This document shows, one piece after another, positions 53,963 through 63,724 of a stretch of DNA of 64,000 bases (positions are counted from its first letter, which is position 1; each line of letters begins with the position of its first letter). The position numbers and the translations under genes are program-made. The stretch is from Nitrososphaeria archaeon. GTDB lineage: Archaea > Thermoproteota > Nitrososphaeria > Geothermarchaeales > JDFR-13. The notes below the pieces were generated by a model. The model made no database searches and had not been told where the DNA came from. It saw only the letters and a program-made list of their open reading frames with translations. The stretch covers positions 224,001 to 288,000 of the forward strand of contig JALWXN010000004.1 in assembly GCA_027078545.1 (NCBI GenBank). The letters are read 5' to 3'.

Positions 53963-56062
53963 CTACTTCTTCCTCCTCTTCCCGACTATTGAGACCAGCC
54001 CTGGCTGTGGATATGTTACTAGGCCTTGGTCATGCATCTTGTCGAGTAGCCTGGCTATCTCGTCAGGGTCCTTCAGCCTCGTCTTCTCCACCACCCTCTT
54101 GATCACCTCTTCTATTGGTACTGGGTTTCCATCTACCTCGTCCTGCATCTCGCTTATTATGTCCAGTACCGTATGGACCTTGGAGACCTTCTTGCTCTGG
54201 CCTACTAGGATGGATGTGACGTCTACCTCCTGACTCTCCTCGTCGAAGGCCACCTCCCTTAGGAACTTGTTCAGCTGGTTTATAGCTATCTCAGCGTCCT
54301 CCACAGTGACTACTTCTCGTAGATGGGCCTTTGCAGAGGCTTCTGCTATCCTTATGAGGGCCTCGAACTGTCTATTGGTTATGGGCATCGTCCCGGTGTC
54401 TGGATCATATTTCTTCCTCCTGCTTAGGAAGAATTCCTTGAGCTTTGCGTATGCCTCCTCTGTGAAGACTGGTTTTAGTCGTTTGGCGTAGAGGATATAT
54501 TTTTTCAGGAAGTCTGGGCTGAAGGTGTCCTCGTATACCTTCTCCCCCTCCCTAGCCATGATTATGTGGTCTATCAACTCCTCATCCGCCTTGGGGTCTG
54601 GAATGTCCCTCATGAGATGTATTATGTCGAACCTTGAGATCAGTGTGGGGGGTAGGTTGACGTTGTCGGTGAAGTATAGGTGTGGGTTGTAGCGTCCACC
54701 CTTTGGGTTGGCAGCCGCTATTATCGTGGTCCTAGCGTTTAGCGTGGCTATTATCCCGCCTTTAGAGACGGAGACTGTAAGCTGCTCCATCGCCTCGTGG
54801 ATCGCCACCCTATCCTCATTCCTCATCTTGTCTATCTCGTCTATCGCGCATATCCCCATGTCGGCCAATACTACTGCGCCTGCCTCCAGGCTCATACCTC
54901 CTCCAGGGTCTTTGATCACCGCTGCGGTGAGCCCGGCTGCTGTTGATCCCCTTCCACTGGTGTATATCCCCTTGGGGGCTATCTGTACAGCATATTTCAG
55001 TAGCTGGCTCTTCGCTACTCCTGGGTCTCCCACTAGGAGTACGTGTATCCTACCCCTTATCCTGTTTCCATCGGGGAGGACCTTGTCGTCAGCCCCTATT
55101 ATGGCTAGCAGTAGAGCCTCCTTCACATGTCTATGTCCATATATGCTGGGTGAGAAGCTCCGTAGTATCTTGTCGTAGAAGTCGGGGGACTTACTCATCT
55201 CCTTAAGCATCTCGATATCCTTCTTCGTGAGCTTCGTCTCCACATTCTCCTTGCCTAGGCTCTCCATACTGAGGGCTACTAGGCGGAACTGGTACCTAGC
55301 CTCCCTGCTCTTCACCCTATCGATGTCGAGGATCCCCACCACCCTCACATACTCACCTGGATAGGCCACGTCTATCAGGGGCTCCTCAAGCACGATGTCT
55401 ATGAACCTGGGTATCTGGCCTGGTGGGAGTTCCTCAGGCTTCTCCTGGATCCTGGCGAACTGGACATCTTTATAGATGGTCCTCCTCGGGTCAATTCTAA
55501 AAGTATTCTTTCTCTTGCAGCTAGGGCATTCCTTGGGTGGTGTAGGTTCTTCCCCTATGAATCGGGCCTCCCTTATGATTTCTTCACCACAGTCTTCATT
55601 CGTACATACATACATGGCTTTGTGTAGCTTGAGATATACCTGGCTGAGCTTGACTAGTAGGCCGCTGATCGTGATGAGCCTCCCTACATATGCTGATGAA
55701 ATGTCCCTTATCCTGAGTTCTGTCCCCGCGGCCTCGCCTACTATGGCTATGTGTATCTCGTCCTTGCTCATGGCCTCGGCGTCTAGGGGTCTAATGTTCG
55801 CCAAGGCTTCATAGGCCGCTTCCTGCATGTATTCGATCACGGTTCTAGGGTCTCTGGATAGCTCCATAGCTATTTCGGGTAGGCTTATGACTAGGTCGTC
55901 GAAGTCTACCCTGAGAATCTTGAATCTCCTTGGCTGGCTGGGGAGCTCATGGAGCCTATCCTTATATTTATATTCCTTTGTGGCCGGGTCTACATAGTTC
56001 AGGAAGAAGTGGTATAGCTCGGTTACCCTCTCCTCCCTAGTGTCTATCCTCTCATCACTCAT
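53963..56062 (-). CDS. mcm: Replicative helicase MCM
   Basis: Zn finger, GDPGVAKSQLL, IDEIDKM, HEAMEQ and SRFD. No intein. Confidence 0.97.
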   Translation of the reverse strand: MSDERIDTREERVTELYHFFLNYVDPATKEYKYKDRLHELPSQPRRFKILRVDFDDLVISLPEIAMELSRDPRTVIEYMQEAAYEALANIRPLDAEAMSKDEIHIAIVGEAAGTELRIRDISSAYVGRLITISGLLVKLSQVYLKLHKAMYVCTNEDCGEEIIREARFIGEEPTPPKECPSCKRKNTFRIDPRRTIYKDVQFARIQEKPEELPPGQIPRFIDIVLEEPLIDVAYPGEYVRVVGILDIDRVKSREARYQFRLVALSMESLGKENVETKLTKKDIEMLKEMSKSPDFYDKILRSFSPSIYGHRHVKEALLLAIIGADDKVLPDGNRIRGRIHVLLVGDPGVAKSQLLKYAVQIAPKGIYTSGRGSTAAGLTAAVIKDPGGGMSLEAGAVVLADMGICAIDEIDKMRNEDRVAIHEAMEQLTVSVSKGGIIATLNARTTIIAAANPKGGRYNPHLYFTDNVNLPPTLISRFDIIHLMRDIPDPKADEELIDHIIMAREGEKVYEDTFSPDFLKKYILYAKRLKPVFTEEAYAKLKEFFLSRRKKYDPDTGTMPITNRQFEALIRIAEASAKAHLREVVTVEDAEIAINQLNKFLREVAFDEESQEVDVTSILVGQSKKVSKVHTVLDIISEMQDEVDGNPVPIEEVIKRVVEKTRLKDPDEIARLLDKMHDQGLVTYPQPGLVSIVGKRRKK

Positions 56063-56130
56063 GCTCCACTAATCATCTTGGATTATATGTCTATTTTACT
56101 CGTATGGGTCGGGTGAAACTATTGCTCTGG

Positions 56131-56682
56131 CTACAGAAGCTCGTTGATATAAACGCCTTCACGCCACTCTGTTATCACGCTATTGATTATCCTTGCCAGT
56201 AGGTGTTCCTCGGGAGTCATGTTGTTAACTAGGTGGTCAATCTTTGCGAAGGCCTCAGAGATTATTAGCTGTAGCCTCCTAGAGATGATGTGTCTAACCT
56301 GGTTTGTTATGGATAGCTTGGTATTCTCATCCAGCTCAAGATTTTTGTCGTGCTTAATGGCGTAGATTATGAGGGCGATCTTTGGGTAGAAGCTGTCCTC
56401 CTCCTTTGGGAGCGACTTTCTAGACTCCCTAGACTTCTCCTTCCATATTATCTTCTTTATCCATGTGATGTATTCGTCGGGTATTGTTGCGTATCCCTTC
56501 TCGATGAGTTCCATAGCTGTTTTTAGGGTTGTCTTCATGGAGGATCCTTTGACCTTGTCCTCTATGACCTCTCCACCTATGTCCAGCCTGTTTATGCTTC
56601 TTACGAAGACGATGTCTACGGTCTTGTTACCCACGAGTGTTGATAGGTTGAGGAGTATCTTTATATCCTCCTCCAGCCCCAT
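56131..56682 (-). CDS. GINS subunit Gins23 (Psf2/Psf3-like)
   Basis: N-terminal beta (B) domain then helical (A) domain with LP...FY, RRLQLI and NMTPEE. Located immediately upstream of mcm. Confidence 0.8.
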   Translation of the reverse strand: MGLEEDIKILLNLSTLVGNKTVDIVFVRSINRLDIGGEVIEDKVKGSSMKTTLKTAMELIEKGYATIPDEYITWIKKIIWKEKSRESRKSLPKEEDSFYPKIALIIYAIKHDKNLELDENTKLSITNQVRHIISRRLQLIISEAFAKIDHLVNNMTPEEHLLARIINSVITEWREGVYINELL

Positions 56683-56780
56683 CGTTATACCCCAAGACTT
56701 ATTGGGATTATCCTCACTGATTAACCGTTCAGGGCCTTTAATTCCAATATATCCGCAAAAATTGTGTAGAGGTGGTGTAG

Positions 56781-57758
56781 GTGTCGTCCCCCTCTGGTAG
56801 TATGCTGTGGATAGAGAAGTATAGGCCGAAGACTCTGGATGAGGTTGTTAATCAGGAGGAGGTTGTAGAGGGTCTGAAGAACCTGTTGTCGAGTAATGTG
56901 TCTGATATGCCGCACCTATTGTTTGCGGGGCCTCCGGGTACTGGTAAGACGACTGTGGCCCTAGCCTTTGCCAGGGAGCTCTATGGTGGTCATTGGAGGG
57001 AGTATGTCCTGGAGCTTAACGCTAGTGACGAGCGTGGGATAAACGTGATCAGGGAGAAGGTCAAGGTGTTTGCCCAGTACTTCTCCCCCTCCGAGGAGGC
57101 CCCGTTCAAACTGGTTATCCTCGACGAGGCTGATATGATGACCGCGGAGGCCCAGACGGCTCTTAGGAGGATTATGGAGGTTAATGCTAGGGTTACCAGG
57201 TTCATCCTTATCTGTAACTATCTGAATAGGATAATATCCCCTATCCAGAGTAGGACTGCTATTTTCAGGTTTAAGAGGCTTAGCTATGAGGATGCGAAGT
57301 CATATCTAATGATGATCTGTTCCAGGGAAGGTGTCGAGTGTAGCGAGGATCTGATTAGGAAGATCTATGACGTGTCTATGGGGGATCTTAGGAAGGCTAT
57401 TAATCTTCTCCAGTCCGCTGCAACTGTTAGTGGTGGTAGGCCTACCCCCGATGTTGTCGAGAGGATTGTTGGTACGGCTTCTCCTGAGGCGGTGTCGAGG
57501 ATAGTCGATTACATGAGGATGGGGGACTTCAACAATGCTAGGGCTACTCTATACGACTTTATGAGCGTCTCTGGCCTGGATGCTGGTGAGGTTCTACGCC
57601 TACTCTACTCTGAGATGGTCTCTAGGAACCTCTTGACCCCTGAGATAGCTGAGGCTATGGCGGAGACTGAGTATCGTATACAGTTCAGCTCGAATCCCGA
57701 GATACAGCTTGTGGCTTTGGTTGCTAGGATAACCTCATCGATGCGTGGTGAGGGATGA
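56781..57758 (+). CDS. rfcS: Replication factor C small subunit
   Basis: [33 protein letters not shown] and PIQSR. Confidence 0.97.
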   Translation: MSSPSGSMLWIEKYRPKTLDEVVNQEEVVEGLKNLLSSNVSDMPHLLFAGPPGTGKTTVALAFARELYGGHWREYVLELNASDERGINVIREKVKVFAQYFSPSEEAPFKLVILDEADMMTAEAQTALRRIMEVNARVTRFILICNYLNRIISPIQSRTAIFRFKRLSYEDAKSYLMMICSREGVECSEDLIRKIYDVSMGDLRKAINLLQSAATVSGGRPTPDVVERIVGTASPEAVSRIVDYMRMGDFNNARATLYDFMSVSGLDAGEVLRLLYSEMVSRNLLTPEIAEAMAETEYRIQFSSNPEIQLVALVARITSSMRGEG

Positions 57759-58939
57759 ACTGGACTGAGAAGTATAGGCCTAGGAGCCTAGTCGATGTAG
57801 TTGGGAATGAGGAGGCTAAGGAGAGGCTGGTGAATTATCTAAGGAGTTGGGACCGGTATCCTAAGGACGGTATCCTGCTCTATGGCCCGGCTGGTGTGGG
57901 TAAGACAGCTAGTGTATATGCCGCAGCGAATGACCTTGGGTATCACGTTATAGAGCTTAACGCGAGTGATGTGAGGAGTGCGGATAGGATCCAGAGGGCC
58001 GTGGGTGGCCTATCTCGGGGGCGTACCCTCGATGCCTATTTCTGGGGTAGGGCTATGAGGCCCCTCGTCTTCTTCGACGAGATCGATGGCCTCGACCCTA
58101 GGGAGGATACGGGTGGCCTCTCCGCTGTTCTTGAGATAGCTTCTAAGAAGGAGTTTCCAGTGGTGGCGGCAGCAAACTTTATCGACCCTGTTAAGCATAA
58201 GCAGCTGCTCCAGTCCTTTGAAGTGGTGGAGTTTAGGAGTCTGACTCCCAGGCAGATCATTGTCGTGCTTAGTAGGATTGTTAGGGAGGAGGGCCTCTCG
58301 GTGGGGAGGGAGGATCTAGTCAAGATAGCCGAGAGGGCTAGGGGTGATGCTAGGATGGCTATCAATATGCTATACTCCCTCAGCATGGGGGGTGATGTGG
58401 AGGCCCTGGCCAATCCTATGGAGAACCTGCCGATAAATATGCTGCTCCAGAGGATCTCCTCCTCGATCTCTCTCCCGGAGATCAGGGCGTTGATAGAGGC
58501 TAATCCCCAACACTGGAAGGACGTGCTGTATACCTACTTCGATATCATAGCCAGGTCTCCCGTCATGAAGGATGATAGGAGGCTCTCTCTACTGGGGGTG
58601 GTCTCGCTTGTGGATACTATGATTGGGAGGATGGAGAGGGAGCGGATGTATTTCTACATGAGGTATATCCCCCATCTCCTATCGTGGATAGTATATCAGG
58701 CCAATAAGTGGGGTGCTGTATATGATGGTAGGATCCCCGAGTACAGGTTCTATCTCTTCGTGTCGAATAGGGCTGTAAGGGAGGAGCTAGACGCCTTGTT
58801 GGAGGAGCTTGGGAGGAGGCTTCACGAGTCTAGGAGGAAGTTCCTCGTAGGCACCCTTGCCCCTGCAGCCCTTCTCCATAGGAACCAGTTTAAGAAGCTT
58901 TATGAATGGGTCTCTAGGACCTTTGGGCTGAGGGTGTAG
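57755..58939 (+). CDS. rfcL: Replication factor C large subunit
   Basis: [28 protein letters not shown] and GDARMAIN. Confidence 0.92.
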   Translation: MNWTEKYRPRSLVDVVGNEEAKERLVNYLRSWDRYPKDGILLYGPAGVGKTASVYAAANDLGYHVIELNASDVRSADRIQRAVGGLSRGRTLDAYFWGRAMRPLVFFDEIDGLDPREDTGGLSAVLEIASKKEFPVVAAANFIDPVKHKQLLQSFEVVEFRSLTPRQIIVVLSRIVREEGLSVGREDLVKIAERARGDARMAINMLYSLSMGGDVEALANPMENLPINMLLQRISSSISLPEIRALIEANPQHWKDVLYTYFDIIARSPVMKDDRRLSLLGVVSLVDTMIGRMERERMYFYMRYIPHLLSWIVYQANKWGAVYDGRIPEYRFYLFVSNRAVREELDALLEELGRRLHESRRKFLVGTLAPAALLHRNQFKKLYEWVSRTFGLRV

Positions 58940-58943
58940 GGAT

Positions 58944-59300
58944 ATGCAGGTGATGAAGATAAAGTATGGGGAGCCTTTCCGGATCCCTAGGCGGCTTGGG
59001 GACTTGTTCAAGGATGTGGTCAGGATTGATGGGGTGGACTATGTTAGGGGTGAGGGCTTCACGGTTAGGGATTACTATGCACTGTCTAATCTGAATAAGA
59101 TTTTGATCCGTCTAGGCCTCGTCCTTCTCCCCATGGTTACATGTACTATATGTGGACGTGACGTTGATTGTGAGGAGTGTGAATATACCGATGTATGTCG
59201 TAAAGATGTGAATCTCTGCCTATGTAGGGAGTGTACCTACTCGGAGGACGTGGTTGATAAGTATCGGCTATCCGTGAGGAAGCGGGTGTTCAAGGGGTAG
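58944..59300 (+). CDS. Hypothetical Cys-rich (8 Cys) protein, probable Zn-binding
   Basis: CTIC-x5-CEEC-x5-C-x6-CLC-x2-C; starts 4 nt after the rfcL stop codon. Confidence 0.7.
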   Translation: MQVMKIKYGEPFRIPRRLGDLFKDVVRIDGVDYVRGEGFTVRDYYALSNLNKILIRLGLVLLPMVTCTICGRDVDCEECEYTDVCRKDVNLCLCRECTYSEDVVDKYRLSVRKRVFKG

Positions 59301-59582
59301 CTCTATCCACTCCTCTATAAACCTCTTTATGTGTATGGCCCTCCTGCTGAATGGGTTGAGGGTATATATCCGGAGCCTCCCGATCTCCACCTCCACCAAT
59401 ATCCTGTTTGAGACGAGTCTTGAGAGCGCTTCTGCGACTGTCTTATACGAGGTGTCTAGCCTATTCTTCAGCTGGGTGGCCGTCATGAAGTCGTTTAGGA
59501 CTATCTCCTCCAGTATCTCTAGGTCTATCCTGCTCCTTATCCATCTACTCGGCCTGTCGCTTGGGTTCCTGTAGATCCTCAT
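59268..59582 (-). CDS. Small winged-helix (ArsR-like) DNA-binding protein
   Basis: LEILEEI...MTATQL..RL..SYKTV..AL.RL....IL.E...GR.RIY.LN; overlaps the 3' end of cdc6. Confidence 0.78.
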   Translation of the reverse strand: MRIYRNPSDRPSRWIRSRIDLEILEEIVLNDFMTATQLKNRLDTSYKTVAEALSRLVSNRILVEVEIGRLRIYTLNPFSRRAIHIKRFIEEWIELPLEHPLPHG

Positions 59583-60747
59583 TCTCGATCATCTCCTTCA
59601 GCCTCTCCATCAGTATCTCTGCGGAGAATGAGGGGAGGCCTACCCTATCGTCGTTCATTGGGAGTGTGGTCAGGGTGGTCCTGCCCTTGAACTTCTTTGA
59701 TGAGAGTCTCTTGGATATTATTCCGAAGGCGGCTAGGGTGTTGAGCATCTTCCAGAACCATGTGTGGCCTACGGGCTCTACCCCGAAGCTGCGTGCATTC
59801 TCCCTATACTTCCTCTCTAGCTCACCGGTGGTTGCGAATGACTTGTTTCCCTCGCTGAGTATCTCTGCTAGGGAGTATACCAGTATCTTCTCCTGGAGGG
59901 TTAGGGACTCCAGCTCATCATAGGTGAATGATGGGGGGACCTCCAGCCTGGCCCTCCTTATGTGCTCGGGCCTAACGGTGTCTTCGCCGTTCTTCTCAGC
60001 TATCATGCCTGCCTTTAGGAGTAGTTCGATGGCGTATCTAGCGTTGAAGTTGTATGTAGATGCTATGTCGGCGGCGGTCTCTATTGCTTCGTAGGTTATT
60101 GCCCCGTCGTGGAAGGCCTGTCTAGCTCTGTATTCAAGTATGTCGACCAGCTCCTCATAGGTATAGTCTTCGAAGTGGACTATGTTCTTCCTTATCCCTC
60201 CCAGTGCCCATGGGTTGCTCTTGTTTATGCTGGCCACGCTTCTGACTATGAAGAGGATGGATAGTTTTCCACGTATACCAGCCTCGTATACCCTGCCTAG
60301 CTGGTAGATGAATACCATGTGCTTCTCGAATAGGTGGTCGGCGTCGTCCAGTATGAGTAGGACTCTCCACTGGCTGTTTGAGAGGAATGTTAGGAAGTAC
60401 CTATACATGTCTTCTACGGAATATCCCCTTAGGGGGGCCATGGGGTTGGCCCATCTCATCATCCTCCTAACTATGTTGCCAGGTATACGTTCGAATCTGG
60501 CGTTTACGTAGATCACGTCTATGTAGTGGCTGTTCTTATACTTCAGGATATTCTTCTCGAGGTGTCTGGCCACCAGTGTCTTACCAGTGCCGGTATTTCC
60601 TACTATGAATACGTGTTCAAAGTCCTGTTTATTCTCTATGACTGGTTTGAAGTATGACATTAGTTCTTCCAGCTTGTCCTGTCTATGGGGTATCTCGGGT
60701 GGGATATAGCTGGGGGCTAGGGCATCCCTATTCTTGAATATGCCCAT
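59545..60747 (-). CDS. cdc6: Orc1/Cdc6 AAA+ protein (Orc1-2 / Pyrobaculum-Cdc6-like)
   Basis: F...L.PSYIP..IPHR, Walker A GNTGTGKT, Walker B LILDDAD, NARYAIELL and a WH domain ending KGRTT. Confidence 0.92.
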   Translation of the reverse strand: MGIFKNRDALAPSYIPPEIPHRQDKLEELMSYFKPVIENKQDFEHVFIVGNTGTGKTLVARHLEKNILKYKNSHYIDVIYVNARFERIPGNIVRRMMRWANPMAPLRGYSVEDMYRYFLTFLSNSQWRVLLILDDADHLFEKHMVFIYQLGRVYEAGIRGKLSILFIVRSVASINKSNPWALGGIRKNIVHFEDYTYEELVDILEYRARQAFHDGAITYEAIETAADIASTYNFNARYAIELLLKAGMIAEKNGEDTVRPEHIRRARLEVPPSFTYDELESLTLQEKILVYSLAEILSEGNKSFATTGELERKYRENARSFGVEPVGHTWFWKMLNTLAAFGIISKRLSSKKFKGRTTLTTLPMNDDRVGLPSFSAEILMERLKEMIENEDLQEPKRQAE

Positions 60748-60782
60748 CCTCCCATTCCTCCAATCAATCCTTCCTAGGTATG

Positions 60783-60816
60783 GAAATTTATGTTAGGTTA
60801 TGTGTTGAGTGAAAGT
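60783..60816 (-). promoter_or_regulatory. Two ANTTTC hexamers upstream of cdc6 (candidate DNA-damage-response elements)
   Basis: Minus-strand ACTTTC (60811-60816) and AATTTC (60783-60788) within a 75-bp intergenic gap. Confidence 0.35.
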
Positions 60817-60822
60817 ATTCGG

Positions 60823-61326
60823 CTAGTCTCCCCGGGTCCGTGTCCTCTCCATCTCGCCTCCGCACTCGTCGCATGTCTCCATGTATCTCTCGAAGGTCTT
60901 TCCGCAGGCCTTGCATCTGTATATCCATGTAGCCTCGCTTCTTATCTCCCTTCTCACCTTGGCGTAGGGTATCCCTATCTTCCTGAGGATGTTCTGTATT
61001 GAGTAGTCGTCCGTCACGACTATCGGGTTGTTCTCTCTATACCTTATAGCTAATCCTATTATGGATAGGTCTGCCTTGGATAGTCTCTGGTCTTCCCCCA
61101 GCTCCCTTGCTATTCTCCTAGCTTCTATTAGGTGTTTCCTCCTGGGTTTGGCTAGGATGAGTGTGCCTGTCTCTATGTAGAGTCTTATCGCCTCCCTCCT
61201 TATCTCGTCCTTCTTTACCTCTTCTACCGTCTCGGGTGTTGTGATGTATATCCTTCTCCCCGTCTTCTTGATGGGCATTATGAGTAGTGCTGAGGTGTCT
61301 AGTATGTAGATCTCCTCATCTCTCAC
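60823..61326 (-). CDS. nob1: Nob1 PIN endonuclease
   Basis: ILDTSAL, LSKADLSII, VTDDYSIQN and Zn ribbon CKACG...CDECGG. Confidence 0.93.
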   Translation of the reverse strand: MRDEEIYILDTSALLIMPIKKTGRRIYITTPETVEEVKKDEIRREAIRLYIETGTLILAKPRRKHLIEARRIARELGEDQRLSKADLSIIGLAIRYRENNPIVVTDDYSIQNILRKIGIPYAKVRREIRSEATWIYRCKACGKTFERYMETCDECGGEMERTRTRGD

Positions 61327-62188
61327 TTGCCACCTTCACCATCCGGGTGATGTTCATGTCCTTGTTGAATACTATGAACTGTGCGTATAGGTCTGATCTA
61401 TACACCTTTACTGGGGTGTCCCAGTCGACGTCTGTAGCTATCTGTCCGTCTAGGATAACTGCTGGGCTGCTCCTCGACTTGTCGGCTGTCAGTACTACTG
61501 TGTGTCTGGTGCTTACTACGTAGGATGGTATCTTGCTGATTGGGGTTAGTGGCGTTATTATCATTACCTCTAGGTCGGTGTCCACGGCTGGGCCTCCAGC
61601 GGCGTAGGAATATGCCGTGGAGCCTATGGGTGTAGCCACCAATACTCCGTCTGACTTTACGCTCCATAGGGTGTGGGCCCTCCCCTTTGTGTATAGTTGT
61701 ACGATGGGTTTTATCGTCTTCCCGATGTTGGAGCTGTGGTATGAGATCTCGTTGAGTATTGGTGGTGTCTTTAAGCCTCCTATCTCCACCTCTAGCCTCA
61801 TCTCCTTCCTTATGTAGAACCGGTTCTTTAGGAGGTCGTCGATATGCCTCTCCAGGTTTGAGGGGGTGGTTGAGGATATGAAGTTTTTCTCGCCTAGGCC
61901 TATTGTTAGGAGGGGTGTCTCCTTATCCTTTATGCCTAGTAGGGCTCTGAGTACTGTTCCGTCGCCTCCGATTACTATCGCTATGTCTCCCCTGGCTGTG
62001 AAGAGGTGGTGGGGAATATCCCTGGGGTGTATCATGCCCTCGGGGAATATCCCGCTTAGGTCTACCATGTCGAGTATTTCTATACCCGCCTCCTCTAGGC
62101 GGCGCTCCAGGTCCTCTATTATCTCGTGTGTCCTCCCGTCTCTTGAGCCGTATATTATGCTTACGGTGTGTATCACGGGCTTCGTCAT
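61316..62188 (-). CDS. nadK: NAD(+) kinase
   Basis: IGGDGTVLR, LNE, DGVLVATPIGSTAYS.AAGGP and LDGQ. Confidence 0.93.
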   Translation of the reverse strand: MTKPVIHTVSIIYGSRDGRTHEIIEDLERRLEEAGIEILDMVDLSGIFPEGMIHPRDIPHHLFTARGDIAIVIGGDGTVLRALLGIKDKETPLLTIGLGEKNFISSTTPSNLERHIDDLLKNRFYIRKEMRLEVEIGGLKTPPILNEISYHSSNIGKTIKPIVQLYTKGRAHTLWSVKSDGVLVATPIGSTAYSYAAGGPAVDTDLEVMIITPLTPISKIPSYVVSTRHTVVLTADKSRSSPAVILDGQIATDVDWDTPVKVYRSDLYAQFIVFNKDMNITRMVKVASER

Positions 62189-62271
62189 CAGTTAATATGT
62201 ATTGATATCTCGGAATTAACTGCTCTTCCTCGCCGGGTTTATTAGGCCTCCGACTGGTAATATTGATTAAC

Positions 62272-62670
62272 ATGAGTATTGACTACAAGGATCTAGGAGA
62301 GTTGAAGCGTGGTAGCTACGTGATTATAGATGGTGAGCCCTGTAAGGTTATCGAGATCACTAAGAGTAAGAAGGGGAAGCATGGTAGTGCACAGGCGCGT
62401 GTGGTGGCTATAGGGCTATTCGATGGTGTTAAGCGTAGCATTGTGGGTCCCGTCGATAGTAGGGTTGAGGTACCCATTATCAAGAAGGGTAGGGCCCAGG
62501 TAGTCGCTGTGACTGACTCGATCCAGCTCATGGATCTGGAGACCTATGAGGTGTTTGAGGCCCAGCTACCGGAGGAGGAAGAGCTTAGGGAGAAAATGGA
62601 GCCTGGCGTGATTGTCGAGTATTGGGACTTCATGGGTAGGAAGAAGATTGTTAGGGTTCGTCCAGAGTAG
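62272..62670 (+). CDS. eif5a: Translation factor aIF5A
   Basis: IDGEPC, GKHGSA (hypusine site) and QLMDLETYE. Confidence 0.96.
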   Translation: MSIDYKDLGELKRGSYVIIDGEPCKVIEITKSKKGKHGSAQARVVAIGLFDGVKRSIVGPVDSRVEVPIIKKGRAQVVAVTDSIQLMDLETYEVFEAQLPEEEELREKMEPGVIVEYWDFMGRKKIVRVRPE

Positions 62671-62689
62671 TGGGTGTTGTTAGGGGGAG

Positions 62690-63724
62690 ATGCCTCTAAG
62701 GGTTATCGACGGCTCCTATGGAGAGGGTGGTGGGCAGATCCTCAGGTATGCTGCCCTCTACGCACTTGTGACGGGTGATGAGACCCATATACTGCGTATA
62801 CGGGCTAATAGGCCTAACCCTGGGCTTAGGCCGCAGCACTATACCCTCCTCAAGATTATGCTTGACATGTTTGGTGGTAGGGCTGAGGGGCTTTCGATCG
62901 GCTCTACCCAGGTTAGGCTGATGTTTAGGGGTGTGAAGGCGGTCCATGGCACCTATAACATCGGTACTGCTGGTAGTATCTCCCTGATTATCCAGGCGTT
63001 GGCCCCCGCCCTGGCTCTCGCTGACTCCACCTCTGATCTGGTATTGATTGGGGGGACAGATGTTAGGTGGAGCCCACCGATAGACTATATGAGGTATGCA
63101 TATACCTCTCTCCTCCGGCTTGCTGGTGTGGAGGCTAGGATAGAGGTTTTGAGGAGGGGTTTCTATCCGAAGGGTGGTGGGAAGGTTAGGATAGTTGTTG
63201 AGCCTGGTGAGTATAGGAGGATTGATAGGCCTAGGAGGGATGAGCTTAGGCGTGTACTGATATCTAGCGTGGTGTGTAGACTTCCTAGGCATGTGTTGGA
63301 GAGGCAGTCGAGAGCAGCTATGAACCTTCTGAGGGGTAGGCTTGGCGATGTGGAGCTTGAGGTTGTTGACCAGATGTGTGGTGATAGTCTTGACCCTGGT
63401 ACCTCTATAGTGGTTCTCGGTGATGATGGTGTCTTGATGAATGGTGGTGACTCCTTGGGTGAGAGGGGTAAGCCTGCGGAGAGGGTGGGTGAGGAGGCGG
63501 CTAACCAGTTTCTTGGATGGTGGGCATCGGGGGCCTCTATGGATAGGCATCTAGGAGACATGGCTATACCCTTGGCCGTCCTGGCGGGGTCTGGCGAGTT
63601 CTCCCTGGAGGATTTTACTAGGCATATGGAGTCTGCACTGTATGTGTCTAAGACCTTCTTCGAGGATCTTAAGCATGAGCTTGTGAGGCTTGGGAGGGCC
63701 TATCTACTTAGGATGTCTCGGTAG
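62690..63724 (+). CDS. rtcA: RNA 3'-terminal phosphate cyclase
   Basis: IDGSYGEGGGQILR, RPNPGLRPQH, GGTDV.WSP, RRGFYPKGGG and DRHLGD. Confidence 0.95.
   Translation: MPLRVIDGSYGEGGGQILRYAALYALVTGDETHILRIRANRPNPGLRPQHYTLLKIMLDMFGGRAEGLSIGSTQVRLMFRGVKAVHGTYNIGTAGSISLIIQALAPALALADSTSDLVLIGGTDVRWSPPIDYMRYAYTSLLRLAGVEARIEVLRRGFYPKGGGKVRIVVEPGEYRRIDRPRRDELRRVLISSVVCRLPRHVLERQSRAAMNLLRGRLGDVELEVVDQMCGDSLDPGTSIVVLGDDGVLMNGGDSLGERGKPAERVGEEAANQFLGWWASGASMDRHLGDMAIPLAVLAGSGEFSLEDFTRHMESALYVSKTFFEDLKHELVRLGRAYLLRMSR

Noticed and set aside
53963-57758. Inteins in MCM or RFC-S, which are common hosts
   Set aside because: Protein lengths are standard and the Walker A regions are uninterrupted.
60748-60822. 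Replication origin next to cdc6
   Set aside because: The gap is only 75 bp, with no repeated ORB (TCCA..GGAAA plus G-string) and no AT-rich unwinding element. TTCC-N7-GGAA occurs once with non-ORB spacing.
62696-63550. Long antisense ORFs (284 aa opposite rtcA, 222 aa opposite leuS, 186 aa opposite secY, and many shorter)
   Set aside because: They are shadow frames with P/L/H/S-rich composition produced by the purine-rich codon bias of the sense genes, and carry no motifs.
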